Virus record (IMG/VR): IMGVR_UViG_3300023296_000005
Reading direction: 5' to 3' (one strand)
From: a virus
DNA length: 35,853 nt
Part shown: in pieces, positions 14,432 to 22,878 of the stretch
How positions within the stretch are numbered: position 1 is the first letter of the stretch
Layout: every line of letters begins with the position of its first letter
Translations under genes and position numbers: made by a program
The notes under the pieces: model-generated
Databases searched by the model: none
What the model was told of the DNA's origin: nothing
The model's input: the letters and a program-made list of their open reading frames with translations, nothing else

Positions 14432-14817
14432 TGCGTGATATTAAGTTTAGAGCGTGGGACACAGTAGATAATAATTACTGGCAAGGTATTTACTTGCAGT
14501 CCGTACCTGCTATGTATTTGCCGCCAAAGTTCAAGCAAAACGAACACGCACTTGTTTGGCAACAATACACAGGAATTAAAGATAAAAATGGCGTAGAGAT
14601 ATACGAGGGAGATATAATTTCTTTAATTCGCTGTTTAGACAAACACTTTATTTGTATGTGCAATAAACTGCCAGACAAAGATTTTACTGACGTAGTTATA
14701 TTTGAAAACGGTGCGTTTACCTGTAATGAATTGGGTAATATACCTGATTATTACGAAGTCATAGGCAACATATATGAGCACGGTTATTTACTGGAAAACG
14801 AAAGCAAAAAGGTGTAA
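14431..14817 (+). CDS. YopX-family protein
   Basis: MRDIKFRAWD...QQYTGIKDKNGVEIYEGDII...EVIGNIYEH. Confidence 0.8.
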   Translation: MRDIKFRAWDTVDNNYWQGIYLQSVPAMYLPPKFKQNEHALVWQQYTGIKDKNGVEIYEGDIISLIRCLDKHFICMCNKLPDKDFTDVVIFENGAFTCNELGNIPDYYEVIGNIYEHGYLLENESKKV

Positions 14818-14826
14818 AATGATAGT

Positions 14827-15318
14827 ATGCACTCAAAAGAAACTCGAAAAAAAATTGGCGACGCACTCAGAAAAGAAAAAAAGTTCAACTGTGATTACTG
14901 TAAAAAAGAATCTGTTACAAAACCATCCCATTATGCCAGAAAGAAAAAGCATTACTGCTCAAGGCTGTGCTACTCAAATGACAGGGAATATAACTATAAG
15001 TCCCACGAACAAAACTCTTGGAAGGGTGGGATTAGCAGCTATGAGTCTCATAAAAAATGGGTGTCAAAGAATAAAGAACGTATGTCGCACCTCAAGGCAA
15101 GACGCTACGCAAGAGAAAAGGGGGCTGAGGGTTTTCACACTCTTGAAGAATGGCAAAGACTTAAAAGCATTTATAATGATAGGTGCGCTTTTTGCAAAGA
15201 AAGTAAGTTACTCACAAAAGACCATGTTATGCCACTATCAAAAGGCGGCTCAGACTATATTACTAACATACAGCCACTATGCAGAAATTGTAATAGTAAA
15301 AAGTCGGCTAAGTTTTGA
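14827..15318 (+). CDS. HNH endonuclease, the fourth in this genome
   Basis: CDYC...CSRLC ribbon, NSWKGG, CAFC...DHVMPLSKGGSD...NIQPLCRNCNSKK. Confidence 0.85.
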   Translation: MHSKETRKKIGDALRKEKKFNCDYCKKESVTKPSHYARKKKHYCSRLCYSNDREYNYKSHEQNSWKGGISSYESHKKWVSKNKERMSHLKARRYAREKGAEGFHTLEEWQRLKSIYNDRCAFCKESKLLTKDHVMPLSKGGSDYITNIQPLCRNCNSKKSAKF

Positions 15319-15357
15319 CATATACGAAACCCCTGAACTATTAAAGGAGGCAGCGTA

Positions 15358-15624
15358 ATGGACATAAACAAACTAATGGAACGCTATAACATATCCCACG
15401 GTATTGAAAACGACCAGGTGGACATAGACATGTTTAAGGCAGAACTTGCGGAGACAATTGCAACCGAGAAACTAGACACCGCTTACGAGATCACGCTAAA
15501 GTACGCCTGTATGAGCAAATGGCAACTACTACGCACAGACTTTAACCACGACTTAGATCGCATGGAAGATGAACTTGGAGAGCGCATGGAAGATGAACTT
15601 TGTATATGGGAGTGCAAGCTATGA
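15358..15624 (+). CDS. Hypothetical protein containing a 24-nt tandem duplication (RMEDELGE/RMEDELCI)
   Basis: RBS AAGGAGG. Repeat copies at 15559-15576 and 15583-15600. Confidence 0.7.
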   Translation: MDINKLMERYNISHGIENDQVDIDMFKAELAETIATEKLDTAYEITLKYACMSKWQLLRTDFNHDLDRMEDELGERMEDELCIWECKL

Positions 15625-15878
15625 GTAATACACTAGATGAGATACTAAACGATGCAACATTCCATCCTAGCGACATAGAGATGGACAATGAACGCAAAGA
15701 ATACGCCAAAGCTGACATCCAAGCCCTCATAACAGAAGCAAGGGTTAAATTAGCTAACTTGTACGGTGAGCCTAGATGTGAAAACCTACACCATGCCAAA
15801 AAGAACCAACATACATCTACAGAAGACTGCCCTGTAGAAAAAGCAATAACAGCCCAACTAAAGGAGAACAAGCTATGA
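15621..15878 (+). CDS. Hypothetical protein, MSNTLDE... paralog 1
   Basis: The ATG at 15621 overlaps the upstream stop (ATGA). The N-terminus is shared with 15875 and 11881, and the C-terminus is QLKENKL. Confidence 0.7.
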   Translation: MSNTLDEILNDATFHPSDIEMDNERKEYAKADIQALITEARVKLANLYGEPRCENLHHAKKNQHTSTEDCPVEKAITAQLKENKL

Positions 15879-16123
15879 GTAATACACTAGATGAGACTAT
15901 TAAAGAAAAACTGGGTCAAGTTATAGATGACTTATGCAACATGGAAATGCCAGGTCGTTATCATAATCAAGACTGGGCAGGATACGCCCTTCTACAGCTC
16001 ATAAGAGAAGCAAGGATATCTCAAATAAGAAAAATGGATAGGCACATTAAAGATGTATGGGGAGTCAACAACAACAACGATTATTTTATTGCTGAGATAA
16101 AACTAATAAAGGAGAATAAGTAA
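15875..16123 (+). CDS. Hypothetical protein, MSNTLDE... paralog 2
   Basis: AAGGAGAA RBS, ATGA overlap, ends IKENK. Confidence 0.7.
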   Translation: MSNTLDETIKEKLGQVIDDLCNMEMPGRYHNQDWAGYALLQLIREARISQIRKMDRHIKDVWGVNNNNDYFIAEIKLIKENK

Positions 16124-16272
16124 TGAGTAACCAAATCAACCAATCAACTAAAGGAGAAACAATTATGACCACAATACTATTCGCAGTAAAAGCTATATCA
16201 CTACTAATCGCAGCAACACTAATTATCGCATCAGGCGTTGGACTTGCATTGATCGCACTCGGAGTTGTCTAA
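16123..16272 (+). CDS. Small TM protein (49 aa; the alternative start at 16165 gives 35 aa)
   Basis: Both ATGs have an AAGGAGA-type RBS. TM segment: ILFAVKAISLLIAATLIIASGVGLALIALGVV. Confidence 0.55.
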   Translation: MSNQINQSTKGETIMTTILFAVKAISLLIAATLIIASGVGLALIALGVV

Positions 16273-16364
16273 TGGGTAAATCTAAATTGTCGGCATTTGC
16301 ACTGCACTTTGAGTATGACCGGACACTAAAAGATATCAAGAAAAAACACAGGGGGACGGCATGA
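16272..16364 (+). CDS. Possible 30-aa basic peptide
   Basis: TAATG and ATGA overlaps only. No other support. Confidence 0.3.
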   Translation: MGKSKLSAFALHFEYDRTLKDIKKKHRGTA

Positions 16365-16654
16365 AAATTATACTTATATTGTTAGTGTTAGCAACTACAG
16401 TTATATTTACCGGTATGTTTATACGCACAACGATGTCATCTGTTGGGGCAGCAGCACCAGCCTTTGATTACTCAAATTGTCAATATCCTAATCGCGAAAG
16501 CAACCCGCCAAACGGGTGTGACAACACAGACCCTGCTCGCCCTGAGTGCATGAAAAGCGGAAAAGAAAATTGTGACTTGCCATCTAACCCATCAGTCATT
16601 GTTGAACAGCCAGTAAAGTCAAACACAGTAAAACATAAAACTTGCAAACTATGA
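16361..16654 (+). CDS. Secreted or membrane Cys-rich hypothetical protein
   Basis: N-terminal signal-like helix MKIILILLVLATTVIFTGMF and 6 Cys residues. Confidence 0.7.
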   Translation: MKIILILLVLATTVIFTGMFIRTTMSSVGAAAPAFDYSNCQYPNRESNPPNGCDNTDPARPECMKSGKENCDLPSNPSVIVEQPVKSNTVKHKTCKL

Positions 16655-16660
16655 TATAAT
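16652..16660 (+). promoter_or_regulatory. Extended -10 element TGaTATAAT ahead of the glycosyltransferase operon
   Basis: Canonical TGnTATAAT overlapping the upstream stop codon. Confidence 0.45.
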
Positions 16661-16673
16661 CATAAACATGATA

Positions 16674-16741
16674 AGAACCGCACTCAAATCTAGCACTCCC
16701 GACCTTGTTCTTTGCGGTTCTAGGGTCGGGGGTTTTGTATT
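16674..16741 (+). promoter_or_regulatory. Structured leader with a terminator-like hairpin (candidate attenuator)
   Basis: Stem A pairs 16674-16682 with 16713-16721 (9 bp). Stem B pairs 16695-16706 with 16722-16733 (about 12 bp) and is followed by TTTGTATT. Confidence 0.4.
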
Positions 16742-16750
16742 GGAGCAATC

Positions 16751-17023
16751 ATGCAACCACTTGAAATAGCAAAAGACCTTAAAAAACTTGTTGATAAAGA
16801 CATAAAGATTATTTATCGTAAAAACTTAGTTAAAGCCTACAGAGACTTGTATGATATCGAGATACCAGTAAAATCATTTGTTATTGTGTTGCAAAAAGAT
16901 GATATCGACGGTGTGCGACATAGCATGAAAATGATTATAGACGCTAATATTACCGATACAAAGTACGAAAAAACTATTGACAAGATAGTAAAAAAGATAA
17001 ATAAAGCAGGGGCAAAGGTATGA
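16751..17023 (+). CDS. Hypothetical protein, first gene of the glycosyltransferase operon
   Basis: 90-aa ORF whose stop overlaps the next ATG (ATGA). Confidence 0.7.
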   Translation: MQPLEIAKDLKKLVDKDIKIIYRKNLVKAYRDLYDIEIPVKSFVIVLQKDDIDGVRHSMKMIIDANITDTKYEKTIDKIVKKINKAGAKV

Positions 17024-17961
17024 AAATTACATTTGTTGGTAACTTTGATGTTGACTATTCCTCAGAAAGCCATCACGCAAAAACTCTTGAGTCGCTTGGT
17101 CACGAAGTTGTGCGTCTGCGAGAAGGCAAAACAACAGGTGAGGTAATACTTGACGCTGCTTTAGACTCTGAACTTCTTATATTTGTACACACTCATGGCT
17201 GGGAAACCCCTGGGCTTTCAATGAACATGGTGTTTAAGACGCTTAAAAAAGTTAATATACCATCGATAACCTATCATTTAGATTTATGGCTTGGGATCGA
17301 ACGACAAAAAGACCTAGAGCAAGACCCGTTCTATAAAACCATTGAGCATTTTTTTACTGTTGACAAACTTATGGCTGATTGGTTTAACAACAACACCGAG
17401 GTTAAGGGTCATTATATACATGCCGGTGTTTACGACGGCGAGTGTGTCCCCGATGTAACAGCAGGTTTATTAAACGAAGTTATTTTTGTTGGTTCAAAGG
17501 GGTATCACCCAGAGTGGGCTTACCGTCCACATCTTATTAACCAACTAACCGAGCATTACGGTAATAAGTTTAAGCATTTTGGCGGCGATGGCCTTGGCGT
17601 GGTACGTGGTCAAGCCTTAAACCAGTTGTATGGATCTACTAAGATTGCAATTGGCGACTCACTCTGTATCAACTTTGACTATCCACACTATTGGAGTGAT
17701 CGTGTTTACGAAACTATGGGTCGTGGTGGCTTCATTATTCATCCCTACATCAAGGGTATGGAAGATGACTTTATAGACGGCAAGCACCTTGTATTTTACG
17801 AGTTCGGTAACTTTGAAGATTTGTATTCAAAGATTGACTATTACCTAGAACACGATGATAAGCGTGAAGCTATCAGGAAGGCTGGCCATGAACACGTAAA
17901 GGCCAACCACACATACAAAAACAGATGGCAGTCAATTATAGATACGGTAGTTAATCAATAA
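17020..17961 (+). CDS. CgeB-like / GT1-type glycosyltransferase
   Basis: The C-terminal pattern RVYETMGRGGFIIHP...FYEFGNFEDLYSKIDYYLEHDDKREAIRKAGHEHVKANHTYKNRW resembles the Glyco_trans_1_2/CgeB family. Confidence 0.6.
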   Translation: MKITFVGNFDVDYSSESHHAKTLESLGHEVVRLREGKTTGEVILDAALDSELLIFVHTHGWETPGLSMNMVFKTLKKVNIPSITYHLDLWLGIERQKDLEQDPFYKTIEHFFTVDKLMADWFNNNTEVKGHYIHAGVYDGECVPDVTAGLLNEVIFVGSKGYHPEWAYRPHLINQLTEHYGNKFKHFGGDGLGVVRGQALNQLYGSTKIAIGDSLCINFDYPHYWSDRVYETMGRGGFIIHPYIKGMEDDFIDGKHLVFYEFGNFEDLYSKIDYYLEHDDKREAIRKAGHEHVKANHTYKNRWQSIIDTVVNQ

Positions 17962-19556
17962 TGATTTACTACTTATCATTAAGACATGATATACCTTGCC
18001 GTGATTATTGGGATTATGGCATTTTAGAGTGCCTTAATATGGACGGAAAAGAAGTACGCACGCTGCCTGTTTTAGATAGCGGTGTTGTTGTATTACCTGC
18101 ACGAAGTCACGCTGGGTATGAGGATAAGCTTAACGCGCAGCTAAGTGGTATCAAGAACGTTGTTTTGTTTCTCATGGGCGACGAAGAAGCTCAATTTGAC
18201 GTAGATAAAATCAAACATGACTCAATCAATATCTGGGTTCAAAACCCACACATGGGCAAGCACGACGCATATCACAAAATAGGTACTGGCTACACTCCAC
18301 AATCACAAATAATCTTGCCCACTATCAAGCCTATGAATAAGCGTGGTGTCTTTTTTGCCGGTCAAATAACGCACCAACGACGAGAAGAACTGCAAAGAGT
18401 TCTTGAACATTATAAAAATACTATGAACGGCGATGTTGACTTTCACCCGTCTGCTGGCTTTACACAGGGATTAAAGCCCCAGGAGTATTACGTTGGCATG
18501 GTCAAGGCTATTGTTGCTCCTGCGCCGTCTGGTGCAGTCATACCAGACTCGTTCCGCCTATTCGAGGCGCTAGAAAGCATGACAATACCAATTGCAGACC
18601 AAAGATGTGCAAACGGCAATGTAATGGAATACTGGGATTGGTTGTTTAATGATGAGACACCCTTTCATAAAGTTGTTGATTGGGATAGGCTGCCGACATT
18701 GTTTGATCAAATAACCGCTGAATACCCAAGTAACTTGCATAGGCAAAGCGCTTGGTGGTTAATGTGGAAACGCAACTTTAGAAACAAAGTCAAGGATCAA
18801 CTTGGATTAGAGCAAGATAAAATTACAGTTATTATACCAACCTCTGTGCTACCCTCACACCCGTCTACTGCAATTATTGATCAAACGATTAACGATATAC
18901 GAACGCACCTGCCAACAAGTGAAATCATCTTACAGGTTGACGGTTTACGAGATGAGCAAACTGACAGGAAAGTAGAGTACAATGAATATAAAAACACAAT
19001 ACTTTGGAAGTGCTTGCACGAGTGGGACAATGTATTGCCCGTTGTCTTTGGAACACTACATCATCAAAGCGGAATGCTTAGGGAAACTATAGACTTAGTA
19101 CGATCACCCTTGGTTCTTTATGTTGAAGGCGATGCGCCGCTTACGCCAGACAGGGAAATTGATTGGGACAAATGCATTAACTTTATTCTTGACGGAAAAG
19201 CAAATACAATTAGATTTCACCACGAAAATGTTATCCCCGTAGACCACTTGCCTCTAATTATTGGCGAAGTGGATGGGGGATTCTTAAAAACAATACAGTG
19301 GAGCCAACGCCCCAATCTTTCAACAAAGATGTACTACAAAGAAGTTGTTTTACCTACTCTACCAAAGGCAAACTTTATTGAAGACACATTCCACGGAGTT
19401 GTACAAGATGATTTTAATCTGTACGGAATGCCAGGTTGGAATAAACACCGATTATGGATATATCACCCAGATGACGGAATACAACGCAGCTACACCACCG
19501 ATGGGCGTGCTGGCGGTAAAAAATATACATCTGATGACGAAACATGGGGGCTATAA
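17961..19556 (+). CDS. Two-domain glycosyltransferase: exostosin-like N-terminal half and GT-A (GT2-like) C-terminal half
   Basis: FFAGQITHQRREEL...PAPSGAVIPDSFRLFEALESMTIPI, then ITVIIPTSVLPSHPS...LYVEGDAPL. Confidence 0.5.
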   Translation: MIYYLSLRHDIPCRDYWDYGILECLNMDGKEVRTLPVLDSGVVVLPARSHAGYEDKLNAQLSGIKNVVLFLMGDEEAQFDVDKIKHDSINIWVQNPHMGKHDAYHKIGTGYTPQSQIILPTIKPMNKRGVFFAGQITHQRREELQRVLEHYKNTMNGDVDFHPSAGFTQGLKPQEYYVGMVKAIVAPAPSGAVIPDSFRLFEALESMTIPIADQRCANGNVMEYWDWLFNDETPFHKVVDWDRLPTLFDQITAEYPSNLHRQSAWWLMWKRNFRNKVKDQLGLEQDKITVIIPTSVLPSHPSTAIIDQTINDIRTHLPTSEIILQVDGLRDEQTDRKVEYNEYKNTILWKCLHEWDNVLPVVFGTLHHQSGMLRETIDLVRSPLVLYVEGDAPLTPDREIDWDKCINFILDGKANTIRFHHENVIPVDHLPLIIGEVDGGFLKTIQWSQRPNLSTKMYYKEVVLPTLPKANFIEDTFHGVVQDDFNLYGMPGWNKHRLWIYHPDDGIQRSYTTDGRAGGKKYTSDDETWGL

Positions 19557-20557
19557 TGCGTTTAGGTTTAATTGCAAGAGCAGATAAAACAGGATTAGGG
19601 TATCAAACCCATGACTATTACAAGTTCTTAAAACCAGATAAAACTGTTGTTATTGATTTATCGCCGCTAAACGGCAACCCACAACATACACAGTGGTATC
19701 AAGACTACAATTTGATAAAAGGCATACCAGACGATGACCAGGTACGCAACATGCTATCTGGCTTGGATGTTATCCTTACCGCAGAGACACCATACAACCT
19801 TAACCTTTACAAAATAGCAAGGGAAATGGGAGTAAAAACTATATGCGTTGAAAACCCCGAGTTTTACGACCATGTTAAATACCCTCAATATGAAATGCCT
19901 GACATGATAATCCTACCAAGCACCTGGAAAGAGGACTACATACGGGAACATGCAGAGTCTCGTGGCACAAAAGTAGTACAGCTACACCATCCAGTAGACC
20001 GAGATACCTATGAGTACCGTGAACGAACAACTACAAAAACTATGCACATTGCCGGGAAGCCAGCAGAAAACGACAGAAACGGCACGTGGTTGTATATGAA
20101 CTCACAGCCAAAAGGTATTGTTACAACCCAGAGCAGCGACTTTGCTTGGCACATAAGGCGTAAATACCGACACTCAAACGTATTTGACAATGTACAGAAC
20201 CAACTACAGCTTTATTCGTTCGGTGATATATTAGTATTACCTAGAAAATACGGTGGTAATTGCTTACCCTTAAACGAAGCATTGTCAAGCGGTATGCCAG
20301 TTATTATGCCAAACATATCACCGAACAATCATTTGTTACCTAAAGAGTGGCTGGTTGACGCTAGGGTAGTTGGTTACTTTGAACCTCGCGGCAGAGTTGA
20401 TATATATGAGGTAGACCCAGACGACTTACATCGTAAAATTACATACGTTCAAGAAAACATTAAAGCCGAAAGCCAAAGGGCAAACGCCATTGCTGATTCA
20501 ATTAGCTGGACTACTCTATTACCTAGGTGGCAAGAAGCTATAAAGAGCTTACTATGA
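19556..20557 (+). CDS. GT-B-type glycosyltransferase
   Basis: The ATG at 19556 overlaps the upstream stop (TAATG). LVLPRKYGGNCLPLNEALSSGMPVIMP. Confidence 0.55.
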   Translation: MRLGLIARADKTGLGYQTHDYYKFLKPDKTVVIDLSPLNGNPQHTQWYQDYNLIKGIPDDDQVRNMLSGLDVILTAETPYNLNLYKIAREMGVKTICVENPEFYDHVKYPQYEMPDMIILPSTWKEDYIREHAESRGTKVVQLHHPVDRDTYEYRERTTTKTMHIAGKPAENDRNGTWLYMNSQPKGIVTTQSSDFAWHIRRKYRHSNVFDNVQNQLQLYSFGDILVLPRKYGGNCLPLNEALSSGMPVIMPNISPNNHLLPKEWLVDARVVGYFEPRGRVDIYEVDPDDLHRKITYVQENIKAESQRANAIADSISWTTLLPRWQEAIKSLL

Positions 20558-21216
20558 ATATACTTTGTATAGCGATGGTTGAGGATAGAGCTAACCTTGA
20601 TAAACAAATACTAAAGCAGACTGTGCAGCCTGACAGGACTATATTTTACGTTGATGAATCACCGGCTATTCTGCTAGAAGAACGCAGACAGCGTATTGCC
20701 GAAAACCACAAAAAGCTACAAGAGATTGTTAAAGCATATAACCCAGACCTAGTGTGGCAAGTAGAGGGAGATGGAGACTACCCAGCAGACACTCTTGAAA
20801 GGCTTGTCATTCATTATGAAGTGCTAAAGGGTAAAGACTTTGGCTATGTCTCTGGCATACAAGTAGGGCGACACGGATTGTACCACATAGGAGCTTGGAA
20901 GAACTTTACCAAAACATCATTTGAAAGCATTGACTTTAACCTTAAAGGTATACAAGAAGTAGATGCCACAGGATTCTATTGCTTGCTTGCTCCAACAGAG
21001 GTATGGCTTAATGGTTTGTGTAAGTGGACTGATGAGCCTTACGGTCCTGATGTTGTATGGGGTTTAAGCATAAACAAAAAGAAATACGTTGATATGGATC
21101 TTAGCATAGGGCATATTGTCAAGAACGGAATTATCTTACCTAAGCATATTAGCACTTGCAACGTAAGGTTCGATAAAGGGGAAAACGGAACATGGAAGTT
21201 CAAGCAATTAGATTAA
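20554..21216 (+). CDS. Putative GT-A-like glycosyltransferase
   Basis: The ATG at 20554 overlaps the upstream stop (ATGA). ILCIAMVEDR..., and VEGDGDYP as a DXD-like motif. Confidence 0.35.
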   Translation: MNILCIAMVEDRANLDKQILKQTVQPDRTIFYVDESPAILLEERRQRIAENHKKLQEIVKAYNPDLVWQVEGDGDYPADTLERLVIHYEVLKGKDFGYVSGIQVGRHGLYHIGAWKNFTKTSFESIDFNLKGIQEVDATGFYCLLAPTEVWLNGLCKWTDEPYGPDVVWGLSINKKKYVDMDLSIGHIVKNGIILPKHISTCNVRFDKGENGTWKFKQLD

Positions 21217-21217
21217 G

Positions 21218-21226
21218 TGATATAAT
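21218..21226 (+). promoter_or_regulatory. Canonical extended -10 TGaTATAAT, 6 nt upstream of the terS ATG
   Basis: The predicted +1 position coincides with A of the ATG at 21233. No SD sequence is present. Confidence 0.4.
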
Positions 21227-21232
21227 ACGGTT

Positions 21233-21610
21233 ATGACAACTACAAAGCAAGTTAGAGACTACATTCCCAACCCAGAAGGCAAGGGTGGCTTTCAGGATCG
21301 TCCTCAAGACCGCTCTGATGGTCGTTGGGATAAAGCTGACTCTATTAGCTACCAGTACAGCAAGCTCCTTAGAATGGGCGAGAAAGAGTTTGAAGACTTC
21401 GTTCCAGAAACAGTTGCACAAAGGATTGCTCTTGTCAGGCTTAACCAATCTATTAAGGCAGACGGACTTGCTGACACTAGAGAAGTAACAGACCGCACAG
21501 AAGGCAAAGCACCACAGTTTATTGGCTTGGGCGACAAGGAAGATTACAACATAGCATTGGTGGAGTTTATAAATGGCGACGACAAAGATACAGATACCCC
21601 AGGAGTTTAA
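21233..21610 (+). CDS. terS: Terminase small subunit (putative)
   Basis: Lies immediately upstream of TerL and overlaps it. NPEGKGGFQDRPQDRSDGRW-type N-terminus. Confidence 0.55.
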   Translation: MTTTKQVRDYIPNPEGKGGFQDRPQDRSDGRWDKADSISYQYSKLLRMGEKEFEDFVPETVAQRIALVRLNQSIKADGLADTREVTDRTEGKAPQFIGLGDKEDYNIALVEFINGDDKDTDTPGV

Positions 21611-22820
21611 GGAGTTATTTAATCCTTACTGGCGTTACTTCCTTGTCTACGGTGGACGAGGTAGCTTAAAGTCACACACTGTAGCAAGAAGGCTAGTTAT
21701 TGTTGCACGTGAACGCAAGGTGCGTATTCTTTGCACCCGTGAGTTGCAAAAGTCAATCAAGGATTCAGTACATAAGCTTATTGCTGACATTATTAGCGAG
21801 TACGGCTTTACTGACTTCGAGGTGCAAAAAGATGCAATACGCAACACTGTGACTGGATCAGAGTTTATCTTTACTGGTATACGAAACAATACAAACGAAA
21901 TCAAATCAATGGAAGGTATTGACTTTTGTTGGTGTGAAGAAGCACACGCACTGACCGAAGCATCTATTGACATCCTTACACCTACCATACGCAAGCCAGG
22001 TTCACAAATTATATTCACGTACAACAGGCTTAATGAACTTGACCCAATACACAGCAAGTTTGTTATAAACAAGAAAGCAAAGACATGTGTTATCAACGTC
22101 AATTATGAAGTAGCAATTAAGTACGGTTGGTTTCCTGATGTGCTACAGCAAGAAATGGAGCTTGACAAACTAGAAAACCCAAGCTTGTACGCACACAAGT
22201 GGCTCGGTGAACCGCTTAGTCAGACCGACACTGCAATTATTAGCAGAGATGCAATTATAAACGCTATGCAGCGCACTATAAAGCCAGAGGGAGCTATTGA
22301 GATTGGCGTTGACGTTGCGCGCATGGGCGGAGACCGCACCGTATTCTTTAAGCGCAAGGGTTTGCGACAAGAGAACAAACGCATTTACAGCAAGCTACGA
22401 ACTACAGAAGTGTGCGATAAACTTGAGATGTTTGCAGACTTTGACAAAGAAGTGTTGATAAAGGTTGATGATACTGGTGTTGGCGGAGGTGTTACTGACG
22501 AGATGATGGAGCGTGGTTACAATGTTATGCCAATTAACTTTGGTGCTAAAGCAAGCGACCCCGACAAATACACTAATCTTATCAGCGAAGCATGGTTCTA
22601 TATTCAATCACACATCAATGAAATGCAATTAGACATGGACACTGATTTAATTATGGAGCTATCCTCAAGGCAGTGGAAAATGGACGCAAAAGGCCGTAGG
22701 GCGGTTGAGAGCAAAGACGACTACAAAAAGCGCGGTTTTCGCTCACCCGACATTGCCGATGCCTTAATACTTTGTTATTATTCTGGTAATACACTTGACA
22801 TGGATGATATTTATCTTTAA
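21573..22820 (+). CDS. terL: Terminase large subunit, PBSX/Terminase_3-like
   Basis: Walker A YGGRGSLKSH, and CWCEEAH as Walker B/C-like. C-terminal nuclease region includes IGVDVARMGGDRTV. Confidence 0.85.
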   Translation: MATTKIQIPQEFKELFNPYWRYFLVYGGRGSLKSHTVARRLVIVARERKVRILCTRELQKSIKDSVHKLIADIISEYGFTDFEVQKDAIRNTVTGSEFIFTGIRNNTNEIKSMEGIDFCWCEEAHALTEASIDILTPTIRKPGSQIIFTYNRLNELDPIHSKFVINKKAKTCVINVNYEVAIKYGWFPDVLQQEMELDKLENPSLYAHKWLGEPLSQTDTAIISRDAIINAMQRTIKPEGAIEIGVDVARMGGDRTVFFKRKGLRQENKRIYSKLRTTEVCDKLEMFADFDKEVLIKVDDTGVGGGVTDEMMERGYNVMPINFGAKASDPDKYTNLISEAWFYIQSHINEMQLDMDTDLIMELSSRQWKMDAKGRRAVESKDDYKKRGFRSPDIADALILCYYSGNTLDMDDIYL

Positions 22821-22878
22821 GAGCATAAGTGGTACTATATAAACAGAGTCCTTTGAGACCTTAAATGGGAAAACATAA

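Noticed and set aside
14774-15358. 194-aa ORF overlapping the HNH gene at 14827-15318 in another frame
   Set aside because: It is a Lys/Thr-rich translation of an A-rich region with no motifs. The 14827 frame carries the complete HNH signature.
16690-16735. Possible tRNA-like fold in the glycosyltransferase operon leader (GCGGTTCTAGGGTCGGGGG)
   Set aside because: It has no acceptor, anticodon or T-arm geometry and no GTTCRA T-loop. I could not fold any tRNA anywhere in the window by eye.
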